From a virus, in UHGV virus genome UHGV-1832352: a DNA stretch of 18,550 bases; one strand, given 5' to 3'. Positions within the stretch are counted from its first letter, which is position 1, and every line of letters begins with the position of its first letter. The notes under the pieces were generated by a model that searched no databases, was not told where the DNA came from, and saw only the letters and a list, made by a program, of their open reading frames with translations. Shown piece after piece: positions 7,662 through 15,770 of this stretch. Position numbers and translations under genes: made by a program.

Positions 7662-7699
7662 AAATGACTAGTGTATGTGATGTGAGTAATCTTCTACCT

Positions 7700-8404
7700 A
7701 TGGTAGAAGAACAGAAGTATCCAGATTTCGCCAAGAGACTAAACGAGCTAATGACAAACAAGGGAATTTCTGTCACCCAACTCAAAAGTCTTGTGGGCGT
7801 TACATATGAAATGGCGCGGCGATACACAATCGGCGCTGCGAAGCCTCGTGCCTCTGTCATGAATAAACTTGCATTGGCTCTGGGGGTATCAGCTTCATAT
7901 TTAGAATATGGTGTTGGCGAGAGAGAAGGATGTAAGGAAATGGCAAGCATCCCCAATCCAACGAAACCCGATGTATACAGGATAGAAGTTTTGGATCTTA
8001 GCGTTAGCGCAGGACCTGGGACCTATATGCTTTCAGACTATGTTGATGTGCTCTACGCCATTGAGTTCACAACAGAACATGCCCGTTCTCTTTTCGGCAA
8101 CCGTTCTCAGAATGATATTAAGGTTATGACTGTAAATGGCGATAGTATGTCCCCTACACTCGTTTCCGGAGACCGACTGTTTGTCGACATTTCTGTTCGT
8201 CACTTCCAGACTGATGGAGTTTACTCTTTCGTTTACGGTAAGACTTTTCATGTCAAACGTCTTCAAATGCAAGGTGACAAGCTAGCCGTTCTTTCGGATA
8301 ACCCCGCCTATGAGAAATGGTACATCGATGAAAAATCGCAGGATCAGCTTTATGTAATGGGCAAGGCGTTGATTCACGAATCTATAAAATACAACCGATT
8401 GTAA
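7700..8404 (+). CDS. CI-type prophage repressor (HTH_XRE plus S24 LexA-like autopeptidase domain)
   Basis: HTH (ISVTQLKSLVGVTYEMARRYT), Ser nucleophile context MTVNGDSMSPTL and Lys context HVKRLQ. Start uncertain (7643, 7664 or 7700); no SD upstream, consistent with a leaderless cI-like mRNA. Confidence 0.85.
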   Translation: MVEEQKYPDFAKRLNELMTNKGISVTQLKSLVGVTYEMARRYTIGAAKPRASVMNKLALALGVSASYLEYGVGEREGCKEMASIPNPTKPDVYRIEVLDLSVSAGPGTYMLSDYVDVLYAIEFTTEHARSLFGNRSQNDIKVMTVNGDSMSPTLVSGDRLFVDISVRHFQTDGVYSFVYGKTFHVKRLQMQGDKLAVLSDNPAYEKWYIDEKSQDQLYVMGKALIHESIKYNRL

Positions 8405-8448
8405 AACTCAATCCTTTCAGGATTAAAAGATCTAAAAGGATAATAATA

Positions 8449-8811
8449 ATGAAATCTGAACTATTTCATAGCGAAGCAAATTCAGAAATTATCACTGCAG
8501 ATGAGTTTATTGATTTCATAAACTCTTTCAAAAAGCCTTTAATTTGCCAAATTTGCGGAAATCAATCATGGAGTGTAGTCGGTACTCTAGAACTTGAAGT
8601 TGAAGACAATCAGCCAAAACATCACGTAATCGAAGTTCTCAGCTATGCCCAATACAAACCTGAAACTGATAGCGCTATAAATTATCCTGGTGGTATGCCG
8701 CTGTTTCGAATCACCTGTGATCACTGTGCACATGTACTTCTTTTTTCTTATAAAAAAGCTAGATCATTGATCCAAAAAAGAAAAAATGAAAAAGAAGAGG
8801 ATGGGAAATGA
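8449..8811 (+). CDS. Hypothetical small protein with zinc-ribbon-like Cys/His pairs (CQIC ... CDHCAH)
   Basis: 120 aa; SD AAAAGGA 8 nt upstream; AT-rich by eye; immediately downstream of the repressor gene on the same strand. Confidence 0.7.
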   Translation: MKSELFHSEANSEIITADEFIDFINSFKKPLICQICGNQSWSVVGTLELEVEDNQPKHHVIEVLSYAQYKPETDSAINYPGGMPLFRITCDHCAHVLLFSYKKARSLIQKRKNEKEEDGK

Positions 8812-9440
8812 CGCGACCTTATCTCAGAGCAGTACCAAACTGTGGATCTGGTATTGATAAGTGTGACCTTTACCCCAATGTTAAGAACAGGCTGCGCGTC
8901 GGTATAGAAGAAATGTATACTGATTTTATCGAATCCGCAGATGAAACTTACAAAACTGATGGGGGAAATAAAATGTCATCAGTTAGTCGAGAAGAAATTC
9001 AAGCACTTTTAGCTGCCAATAAAGCAGAAATGGAGTCCATTGCATCCTCTATTAGAGTTGAAATGGCTTTATCTCGCGAGAACACAAACGTTCAGCTAGC
9101 ATCTCTAAATTCAGCCATCAATTCTATCTCTTCGAAAATCGAAGGCAAAATGGACAGTGTTGACGGGGATGTGAAGGCCATCAATGGTAGATTCGAAGGT
9201 ATACAAGGCCAAATTACTGGAATAAATACAGCCATTAGTGGTATTCAATCTGGAATTTCTACCAGACTTGCTATTTTTGGAGTTATCATTGCGGTCATAG
9301 TTGCATTACCTAGCATAATTTCTGCTTTTAAAGATACTTCGCCAGTAGTTCAACCAGTTACACAACAACCAAGTGTTAAACATCTCAACCAAGAACCAAT
9401 TACTCCACAAGTATTACCTCCGCAGGGAAAAGCAAACTAA
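8808..9440 (+). CDS. Hypothetical coiled-coil protein with C-terminal transmembrane anchor
   Basis: ATGA overlap with the upstream gene at 8808-8811; an alternative internal start at ATG 8983 has a strong GGGGGA SD; heptad-like Ser/Ile/Gln-rich region, then hydrophobic LAIFGVIIAVIVALPSIISAF, then a Pro/Gln-rich tail; followed by an intrinsic terminator. Confidence 0.7.
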   Translation: MTRPYLRAVPNCGSGIDKCDLYPNVKNRLRVGIEEMYTDFIESADETYKTDGGNKMSSVSREEIQALLAANKAEMESIASSIRVEMALSRENTNVQLASLNSAINSISSKIEGKMDSVDGDVKAINGRFEGIQGQITGINTAISGIQSGISTRLAIFGVIIAVIVALPSIISAFKDTSPVVQPVTQQPSVKHLNQEPITPQVLPPQGKAN

Positions 9441-9464
9441 ACCGGCTTTATGCCGGTTTTTTTC
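9438..9464 (+). terminator. Intrinsic terminator after the repressor-linked cassette
   Basis: CCGGC-tttat-GCCGG hairpin followed by TTTTTTT directly after the stop codon at 9440. Confidence 0.75.
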
Positions 9465-9566
9465 TATACAAACGCCCCCCCTTTGTCTTGAATCACATCA
9501 CAACACATTTAAAAAACATATTAAATTCAAAGCATTAAACGCATCAACGCATACCAAACAAATTAT

Positions 9567-9602
9567 CTACTTTTAGTTGTTGATTTTTGCTACTTTTGGT
9601 AG
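9567..9602. promoter_or_regulatory. Left operator region: CTACTTTTAGTTG and CTACTTTTGGTAG, 23 bp apart
   Basis: Same CTACTT-N4-TAG-type motif and the same 23-bp phasing as the right operator pair; lies between the cassette terminator and the first early-left ORF. Confidence 0.5.
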
Positions 9603-9731
9603 CAGAATTATTTTAACGACAACGAACAGGCAGGACGCCCACGAAGTAGCCGCCTGGGGCATATGAAGTCCAGGATGATTCGTTGAGTCATGTTGTGCCA
9701 CCAGGCACTCATGTTAAAGCAGGTGTATGAA

Positions 9732-10007
9732 ATGAAAGTCCAGATTTTAAACAATAACTGTGAAGTCGTTTGGTCATACGACATAGCCGCCCCTGTAGAT
9801 CAGAGCGGCGATAGCTGGACCAATGGGAAACATCAGATTATGGCTGGAGTTGTATTCTCTTTACGCCGTGCTTTAGAACAGGCTGAAGTCTTTCCATCAG
9901 ACCCTGAATGGAAATGGCCTTTTTCTATTTGTCCAAATTCGGAGAGTACATTTCAGAAAATTGGTCAGAAAGTCGCACTCGAAGAGCATCAGCCAACTGT
10001 TTCCTGA
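9732..10007 (+). CDS. Hypothetical protein, first gene after the left operator region
   Basis: ATG at 9732 with AGGTG SD; 91 aa; no arginine-rich motif, so not obviously N-like. Its 3' end overlaps a convergent minus-strand ORF. Confidence 0.45.
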   Translation: MKVQILNNNCEVVWSYDIAAPVDQSGDSWTNGKHQIMAGVVFSLRRALEQAEVFPSDPEWKWPFSICPNSESTFQKIGQKVALEEHQPTVS

Positions 10008-10170
10008 TTTTTTCAGGTAACTCGTCGGCATCGCAGAAACAACAACGCTCGATCATGTTGAAAGCCGATTCGTAGAACTGTTTTTGCTGAGTGTCGCTGA
10101 GACAGGAAAAGAGCGACGTTACGATGATTTTATTAATTGCATTATCAAGTTCTTTTTCATCAAAAGTCAT
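9925..10170 (-). CDS. Hypothetical small protein (81 aa)
   Basis: ATG at 10170 with AAGGA SD about 8 nt upstream; acidic, protein-like sequence with a CCFC motif. Confidence 0.5.
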   Translation of the reverse strand: MTFDEKELDNAINKIIVTSLFSCLSDTQQKQFYESAFNMIERCCFCDADELPEKIRKQLADALRVRLSDQFSEMYSPNLDK

Positions 10171-10423
10171 TTGATTTTCCTTTTATGTATACGGGCTTAA
10201 AAGGATACCACCGAGCCTGAAGTGGTGAAAAGACAGGCACATAACAGCTAAGTATTTTCAACCAGAGAGAATCCTTAGCGTTGTGGTGAATGCGGCTCAG
10301 CGCACGCGGGTTAAGGTTGAGGCTGACAGTCGACCTTCTGTGGATACCCACCCGTCTGGTGTGCAACCTTCGCCAGGCACCGGGAGGCACCCGGCACCAC
10401 AACTTTATGCTGTGTGTAGTCCT

Positions 10424-10559
10424 GGCGGTACCAGTTTGTACCCTTGCTTCCGGCTGGTACCGTCCTTTTTACAAAACAGAGAAGAGCATCACCGGACGAC
10501 GGGCTCATAACCCAATCCATCCGGGCGGCTGCCACCGCAGGTGTTCTTCTCTGTTTTGT
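10424..10559 (+). other. Structured GC-rich non-coding element: terminator-like hairpin plus a long stem-loop
   Basis: Hairpin 10426-10434/10454-10462 (CGGTACCAG/CTGGTACCG) followed by TTTTT at 10466-10470; then a 15-bp perfect inverted repeat ACAAAACAGAGAAGA (10471-10485) / TCTTCTCTGTTTTGT (10545-10559) enclosing about 59 nt. Confidence 0.4.
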
Positions 10560-10607
10560 GGAGAAACTAATCGGCCTTGCAGGGTCGATATGATGAGGAG
10601 CAGCAAA

Positions 10608-10970
10608 ATGGCTAGCGAACGCAGTACTGATGTGCAGGCATTTATCGGGGAGCTGGACGGCGGCGTATTTGAAACCAAAATCGGCGCAGTTCTCAGTGAA
10701 GTCGCTTCCGGTGTGATGAACACGAAAACCAAAGGTAAGGTCTCACTCAACCTAGAAATCGAACCATTTGATGAGAACCGTGTGAAAATCAAACACAAAC
10801 TCTCATATGTTCGCCCGACTAACCGCGGGAAAATTTCCGAAGAAGACACCACCGAAACGCCGATGTATGTCAATCGCGGTGGTCGCCTGACTATTCTGCA
10901 GGAAGACCAGGGACAATTACTGACTCTTGCCGGTGAACCTGACGGAAAACTCCGCGCAGCAGGTCATTAA
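10608..10970 (+). CDS. Hypothetical phage protein (YfdP-like position)
   Basis: Start taken at ATG 10608 (GAGGAG SD, 6-nt spacer) rather than the ORF-track start at 10290, which runs through the structured region; about 120 aa. Confidence 0.65.
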   Translation: MASERSTDVQAFIGELDGGVFETKIGAVLSEVASGVMNTKTKGKVSLNLEIEPFDENRVKIKHKLSYVRPTNRGKISEEDTTETPMYVNRGGRLTILQEDQGQLLTLAGEPDGKLRAAGH

Positions 10971-11035
10971 TATCGTTCTTAATTAACTGATTATTTATCT
11001 CATCACTGAATATCTTTATATAGTGAGGACTTATT

Positions 11036-11860
11036 ATGTCTCAGAACTTAGACGCAACCGCAATTAATCAAATCCATGCCCTTATTTCTGCTCAGGGTGT
11101 TAATGAAATTATCAGTAAGATTGGTGCCGATGCTGTGGCATTGCCTGAGAATTTCCGCATTCATGATCTGGAAAAATTTAATTTAAATCGCTTCCGTTTC
11201 CGTGGTGCGCTTTCCACTGCCAGCATCGATGACTTTACCCGTTATTCTAAAGATCTTGCAGATGAAGGCACCCGCTGCTTTATCGATGCTGATAATATGC
11301 GTGCCGTCAGTGTGCTTAACCTGGGTACTATTGATGAACCAGGTCACGCAGATAACACCGCCACTCTCAAACTGAAAAAGACAGCACCGTTCTCTGCTCT
11401 GTTGTCTGTTAATGGCGAGCGTAACTCCCAGAAATCACTGGCAGAATGGATTGAAGACTGGGCCGACTACCTTGTGGGCTTTGATGCTAATGGTGACACC
11501 ATTCAGGCAACAAAAGCGGCTGCGGCGGTCCGTAAAATCACGATTGAAGCAAATCAGACCGCTGATTTTGAAGATAATGACTTCAGCGGCAAACGCTCCC
11601 TGATGGAGTCTGTCGAAGCGAAGACCAAAGACATTATGCCAGTGGCATTTGAATTTAAATGCATTCCGTTTGAAGGTCTGAAAGAACGTCCGTTTAAATT
11701 ACGCCTCAGCATTATCACTGGCGATCGTCCGGTACTGGTTCTGCGCATTATTCAGCTGGAGGCGGTGCAGGAAGAAATGGCTAACGAATTTCGTGATCTG
11801 CTTGTTGAGAAATTCAAGGACAGCAAAGTAGAAACCTTTATTGGTACTTTCACCGCCTGA
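11036..11860 (+). CDS. yfdQ: DUF2303 family protein (YfdQ-like, 274 aa)
   Basis: Length and gene order (P-Q-R-S-T) match the KplE1/CPS-53 early-left cluster from memory; GAGGA SD upstream. Confidence 0.75.
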   Translation: MSQNLDATAINQIHALISAQGVNEIISKIGADAVALPENFRIHDLEKFNLNRFRFRGALSTASIDDFTRYSKDLADEGTRCFIDADNMRAVSVLNLGTIDEPGHADNTATLKLKKTAPFSALLSVNGERNSQKSLAEWIEDWADYLVGFDANGDTIQATKAAAAVRKITIEANQTADFEDNDFSGKRSLMESVEAKTKDIMPVAFEFKCIPFEGLKERPFKLRLSIITGDRPVLVLRIIQLEAVQEEMANEFRDLLVEKFKDSKVETFIGTFTA

Positions 11861-11987
11861 TTTCATTACTGCAAATGCCCCTGCGGGGGCATTTATGGAA
11901 ACGTAATTTACTCAATAATCGCCGGATGGTGAGGGATTCTTTTTACCAGAATTCAGCGCGGTGCAGCACATATACGTGGAGAACAAA

Positions 11988-12524
11988 ATGTCATTTATTA
12001 AAACTTTTTCCGGGAAGCATTTTTATTATGACAGGATAAATAAAGACGACATCGATATTAACGATATCGCGGTTTCCCTTTCAAATATCTGTCGCTTTGC
12101 CGGTCATCTTTCGCACTTCTACAGCGTCGCCCAACATGCGGTTCTTTGCAGCCAGCTGGTGCCGCAGGAATTTGCTTTTGAAGCGTTAATGCATGATGCA
12201 ACAGAAGCGTATTGCCAGGACATTCCGGCTCCACTCAAACGCCTTCTTCCTGACTATAAACAAATGGAAGAAAAAATAGACGCCGTAATCCGTGAGAAAT
12301 ACGGGTTACCCCCAGTTATGAGTACGCCCGTGAAATATGCCGATCTCATCATGCTGGCAACCGAACGCCGCGATCTCGGGCTTGATGATGGCTCTTTCTG
12401 GCCTGTACTGGAAGGTATCCCGGCAACAGAGATATTCAACGTGATTCCACTGGCTCCAGGCCATGCCTACGGGATGTTTATGGAACGCTTTAACGAGTTA
12501 TCGGAGTTACGCAAATGCGCATGA
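11988..12524 (+). CDS. yfdR: HD-domain phosphohydrolase (YfdR-like 5'-deoxynucleotidase, 178 aa)
   Basis: HD-domain-like His/Asp motifs (HLSHFYSVAQHA, LMHDATEAY); start at ATG 11988 with GGAG SD rather than GTG 11961. Confidence 0.8.
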   Translation: MSFIKTFSGKHFYYDRINKDDIDINDIAVSLSNICRFAGHLSHFYSVAQHAVLCSQLVPQEFAFEALMHDATEAYCQDIPAPLKRLLPDYKQMEEKIDAVIREKYGLPPVMSTPVKYADLIMLATERRDLGLDDGSFWPVLEGIPATEIFNVIPLAPGHAYGMFMERFNELSELRKCA

Positions 12525-12877
12525 ATGTTTTCGAAATGGAAGGGTTTCTTCGTGGGAGATGTGTACCGCGAGATCTGAAAGTAAATGAAACAGATGCTGA
12601 ATACCTGGTGCGTAAATTCGATGAGCTTGAAGCTAAATGTGCAGCACAGGAAAACAAAGTAATACCAGTGTCAACTGAACTGCCACCAGCAAATGAAAGT
12701 GTTTTGTTATTCGATGCTAACGGAGAAGGCTGGCTAATTGGCTGGCGTTCTCTCTGGTACACCTGGGGACAAAAAGAAACCGGAGAATGGCAGTGGACAT
12801 TTCAGGTCGGGGACCTTGAAAACGTCAATATCACTCACTGGGCAGTAATGCCAAAAGCACCGGAGAATAAGAAATGA
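12515..12877 (+). CDS. yfdS: DUF551-type protein (YfdS-like, 120 aa)
   Basis: Overlaps the previous stop; C-terminal ...THWAVMPKAPE resembles DUF551 ends. Confidence 0.7.
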   Translation: MRMNVFEMEGFLRGRCVPRDLKVNETDAEYLVRKFDELEAKCAAQENKVIPVSTELPPANESVLLFDANGEGWLIGWRSLWYTWGQKETGEWQWTFQVGDLENVNITHWAVMPKAPENKK

Positions 12878-13077
12878 GCGTGATAAAAACTCATACAGGA
12901 ATTGTTATCACCCGAGACGGTCCGCAGGTAAAAAAACTGCACCAGACAAAGCGGATGTGGGTCGTCGGAAAAAACGAGTTTTACCACAAAGAAACCGGAC
13001 GCCGCCACTTTGCAGAAAATACTCGCCGCCGACTGCTGATCGATACCATCAAGCCGATCGAGGTGAAGCATGTTTAA
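12874..13077 (+). CDS. Hypothetical small phage protein (YfdT-like position)
   Basis: ATGA overlap with the upstream gene at 12874-12877; 67 aa. Confidence 0.6.
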   Translation: MSVIKTHTGIVITRDGPQVKKLHQTKRMWVVGKNEFYHKETGRRHFAENTRRRLLIDTIKPIEVKHV

Positions 13078-13309
13078 ACAGAACGAAAAATCTATCGCTC
13101 AAATTGCTGAGTATATCCCACGTGCGTGCCGGGGTATGCAGTTGCAGGAAGCCAAAGCACGCCTGGAGAAAAAAATTGCGCTCTATATCGATGACGGCTG
13201 TGATGCTGCCGTTCTTAACGCAGCGTTCGCGCCAGCTCTTAACAGTCATACGCGGGAGTCTTTTTTTTCGTGCATCGCAGCGCAGATCCGCAAAGGAGGC
13301 AACCAGTGA
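13070..13309 (+). CDS. Hypothetical protein (79 aa)
   Basis: ATG at 13070 overlaps the previous stop by 8 nt; tightly packed operon. Confidence 0.55.
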   Translation: MFKQNEKSIAQIAEYIPRACRGMQLQEAKARLEKKIALYIDDGCDAAVLNAAFAPALNSHTRESFFSCIAAQIRKGGNQ

Positions 13310-13986
13310 GCAAGATTGACTATCAGGCACTGCGTAAAGCGGCGCAACTGGCAACACAGGGTGAATGGGTCGCATTTATTTCGTCTGGTACTGGTACATA
13401 TGCGGTGCATACACCTGGTGATAAACGATGTGAAGACGTTATCAAATGGACCGGCTTTGATGGACAGAACAACGCAGAGAACAACGCTCGTTATATCGCA
13501 GCTTTCAACCCTGAAGTAGTGCAGGCGCTGCTGGATGAACGGGAAAGAAACCAGCAATACATCAAAAGCCGTGATCATGAGAACGAGGATATTGCGCTAA
13601 CGGTAGGGAAGATGCTAATCGAAAACGGCCGGCTTGTTGCCGATACGCTACGCCACTTAGCTGATAACGAAATCGACTCTGATTATTTTGCTATCACCTC
13701 AACGAATGAGAACGGTACTGAAATTGATCATGAGATGGCTATTACCGATTACGCACTGCAAGCTGCCGGAACTGTAGACGAATTGGTTGCGGCGCTGGAA
13801 TCCGCAGAGAATCGCATAGCAGAACTGTCTGCTAGCCACAGCAAATTGCGCGACACAATGGCTGGCATCCACAACACAATCCGAATGGATGGCGGCTATA
13901 CGCCACTGGCAGCAATCCTTAACGCTGCTAAACGCGCATATGAAGAATCAGCAAGCGCAGCTGGCATTCGCATCAAAGGAGAGTGA
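13306..13986 (+). CDS. ead/Ea22-like family protein (tentative)
   Basis: GTG start at 13306 with AAAGGAGG SD and GTGA overlap with the upstream stop; N-terminal DYQALRKAAQLATQGEW resembles Ea22-like starts from memory; coiled-coil-rich. Confidence 0.6.
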   Translation: MSKIDYQALRKAAQLATQGEWVAFISSGTGTYAVHTPGDKRCEDVIKWTGFDGQNNAENNARYIAAFNPEVVQALLDERERNQQYIKSRDHENEDIALTVGKMLIENGRLVADTLRHLADNEIDSDYFAITSTNENGTEIDHEMAITDYALQAAGTVDELVAALESAENRIAELSASHSKLRDTMAGIHNTIRMDGGYTPLAAILNAAKRAYEESASAAGIRIKGE

Positions 13987-13987
13987 T

Positions 13988-14833
13988 ATGAGCACTATCA
14001 CTAAAGAACGTATCGAATTGTTCATTAAATCCCCGCTTGAAAACGGGCTTACCCGTGGCGAACAAATGGAACTGGCACGAATTGCACTGGCATCACTGGA
14101 AGCAGAGCCAGTTGCTTATATTTTCAAACATCCGGCCGGAAAATTATTCTGGGCTTTGACGGATGAAAGCAATAAAGATCAATCGGACGTTATTCCTGTT
14201 TATGCTGCCGCGCCTGCGTCGGTTGTGCCGGATAATGCATCAGAGCCTCTTGCTTATGCTTACAAAGAGCTTACGCCTGAGATTATGCGCAACCATTTAG
14301 CTGTATTCGAGCGATATGGAATAGCCCCAAACGATAGCTCTACCACAATTCAGGCACTGCGAATCGCGCTGGATGGCATAGAGCGGAGCGGCGCCATGCT
14401 TCATGGTGCCGAACCTGTAAGCCAAACTTACAAGTTGCCTCCCCTGTCATCCAACGAAGTAAACGACGCGGCATGGAAATTACGCAACATGCTTACTGAA
14501 CACGGTCCTCTTAATGGGCGTCAGTTCAACAATCTGAAAGGTTGCTTCTATGAGGCATTAAAGGTCGCAATGCGCAACTATCCGGTAACTCCGGATAGTT
14601 GGATAAGCTGTAGTGATCGAATGCCAGAAATGGGAGAGCGACAATGCTATGCGTTAGCGGCTGACTTTAAAAACAACTACCCGCCACACATCCCCAACAC
14701 TCAGGTCGGCGTATATGGCGACTGGTTTAATGATGGCGATCCCACTTGGGTTGACGGTGATGGCGAAGACCTGTATCTCAAAGAGGTAACCCACTGGATT
14801 CCGCTACCAGAACCGCCGCAGGAGGTGAAGTAA
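13988..14833 (+). CDS. Hypothetical protein with DUF551-like C-terminus (...THWIPLPEPP)
   Basis: ATG at 13988 two nt after the previous stop; GGAGAG SD; 281 aa. Confidence 0.7.
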   Translation: MSTITKERIELFIKSPLENGLTRGEQMELARIALASLEAEPVAYIFKHPAGKLFWALTDESNKDQSDVIPVYAAAPASVVPDNASEPLAYAYKELTPEIMRNHLAVFERYGIAPNDSSTTIQALRIALDGIERSGAMLHGAEPVSQTYKLPPLSSNEVNDAAWKLRNMLTEHGPLNGRQFNNLKGCFYEALKVAMRNYPVTPDSWISCSDRMPEMGERQCYALAADFKNNYPPHIPNTQVGVYGDWFNDGDPTWVDGDGEDLYLKEVTHWIPLPEPPQEVK

Positions 14834-15405
14834 TGAACAACTTAATGATCGACCTTGAGACGATGGGGAAAAATAAGGATGCACCGATCGTTTCCATTGG
14901 CGCGGTGTTCTTCACTCCAGAAACCGGAGACATCGGACAAGAATTCTATACGGTTGTTAGCCTGGAAAGTGCTATGGGGCAAGGAGCTACACCTGACGGC
15001 GATACCATCCTGTGGTGGTTGAAACAAAGCCCTGAAGCACGAGCTGCAATCTGTATTGATGATACTTTGTCGATCAGCGATGCACTCTCTGAACTGAGCC
15101 ATTTCATTAATCAGCATGCAGACAATACAAAATATTTAAAAGTCTGGGGTAACGGGGCCACCTTCGACAACGTAATTTTACGTGGAGCTTATGAGCGAGC
15201 AGGACAAATCTGCCCGTGGGCATACTGGAATGACCACGATGTACGCACGATCGTTACGCTTGGGCGTTCCATCGGATTCGACCCCAAAATGGACATGCCT
15301 TTCGATGGCGAACGGCACAACGCCCTGGCCGATGCCCGTCATCAGGCAAAATATGTTTCCGCTATCTGGCAGAAATTAATTCCTGCCACCAGCACAGAAT
15401 TATGA
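14833..15405 (+). CDS. DEDDh-type 3'-5' exonuclease
   Basis: Motifs IDLETMG, WGNGATFD and H...ALADA; TAATG overlap with the upstream gene. Confidence 0.8.
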   Translation: MNNLMIDLETMGKNKDAPIVSIGAVFFTPETGDIGQEFYTVVSLESAMGQGATPDGDTILWWLKQSPEARAAICIDDTLSISDALSELSHFINQHADNTKYLKVWGNGATFDNVILRGAYERAGQICPWAYWNDHDVRTIVTLGRSIGFDPKMDMPFDGERHNALADARHQAKYVSAIWQKLIPATSTEL

Positions 15406-15441
15406 TTTTCCCGGGTGCAGCCGGTTTTGATGGAGAAAATT

Positions 15442-15723
15442 ATGAACACCTTGTTTTTACTGATGGCTGAATTCAATACCCCTAATATTGAACTCTCAGC
15501 AGTTAGCCAAAAGTACTTTGGCATGAGTCCAGCCACGGCAGAAGCAAAAGCAAACGCTTGTAAGTTGCCCGTTCCAACATATCGCATCGGCACATCACAA
15601 AAAGCAAAACGTTGCATCAATATTCAGGATCTTGCGGAATACATAGACAAAAGACGAGAAGAAGGACGTATCGAGTGGGAACAGGTCAGAACAAGCAAAC
15701 AGAAGGGCAAAGAACATCACTAA
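15442..15723 (+). CDS. PrtN/excisionase-like small DNA-binding protein
   Basis: ATG at 15442 with GGAGAAAA SD; ...KYFGMSPATAEAKANACKLPVPTYRIG... resembles PrtN/Xis-type winged-helix proteins; last gene before a strong terminator. Confidence 0.6.
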   Translation: MNTLFLLMAEFNTPNIELSAVSQKYFGMSPATAEAKANACKLPVPTYRIGTSQKAKRCINIQDLAEYIDKRREEGRIEWEQVRTSKQKGKEHH

Positions 15724-15725
15724 AG

Positions 15726-15752
15726 AAAAAACCCGCCTAAAGGCGGGTTTTC
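15726..15752. terminator. Bidirectional intrinsic terminator
   Basis: A-run, CCCGCC-taaa-GGCGGG, then TTTT; lies between the convergent plus-strand operon end (15723) and the minus-strand ORF end (15771). Confidence 0.8.
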
Positions 15753-15770
15753 AAAAAGCACCAGCTATGA

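Noticed and set aside
7630-8272. Minus-strand ORFs 7630..7956 and 8033..8272 antisense to the CI-like repressor gene
   Set aside because: The repressor frame carries clear HTH and S24 motifs; the antisense ORFs are low-complexity.
10160-10607. ORFs 10160..10402, 10283..10510, 10311..10535 and the N-terminal 106 codons of 10290..10970
   Set aside because: They lie in the GC-rich structured region and look like random open frames (Arg/Pro/Gly-rich); a strong SD and start at 10608 explains the downstream gene without them.
7643-13986. Longer ORF-track starts for several genes (Q at 1729, methyltransferase GTG 4922, cI at 7643, yfdR-like GTG 11961, Ea22-like at 13270, DUF551 protein at 13889, PrtN-like at 15415)
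   Set aside because: Downstream starts have better SD spacing and/or give stop-start coupling without overlapping the upstream gene; the cI start remains genuinely ambiguous.
11412-15620. Shadow ORFs inside the early-left operon genes (e.g. 11412..11603, 11554..11748, 12254..12439, 12490..12762, 12835..13071, 12957..13319, 13049..13375, 13246..13578, 13316..13519, 14842..15117, 15182..15379, 15342..15620)
   Set aside because: Out-of-frame or antisense to tightly coupled, better-supported genes.
2698-15723. Integrase or transposase that would mark a mobile-element end
   Set aside because: No ORF in the window shows integrase or recombinase motifs that I could recognise; the prophage integrase is probably outside the window.
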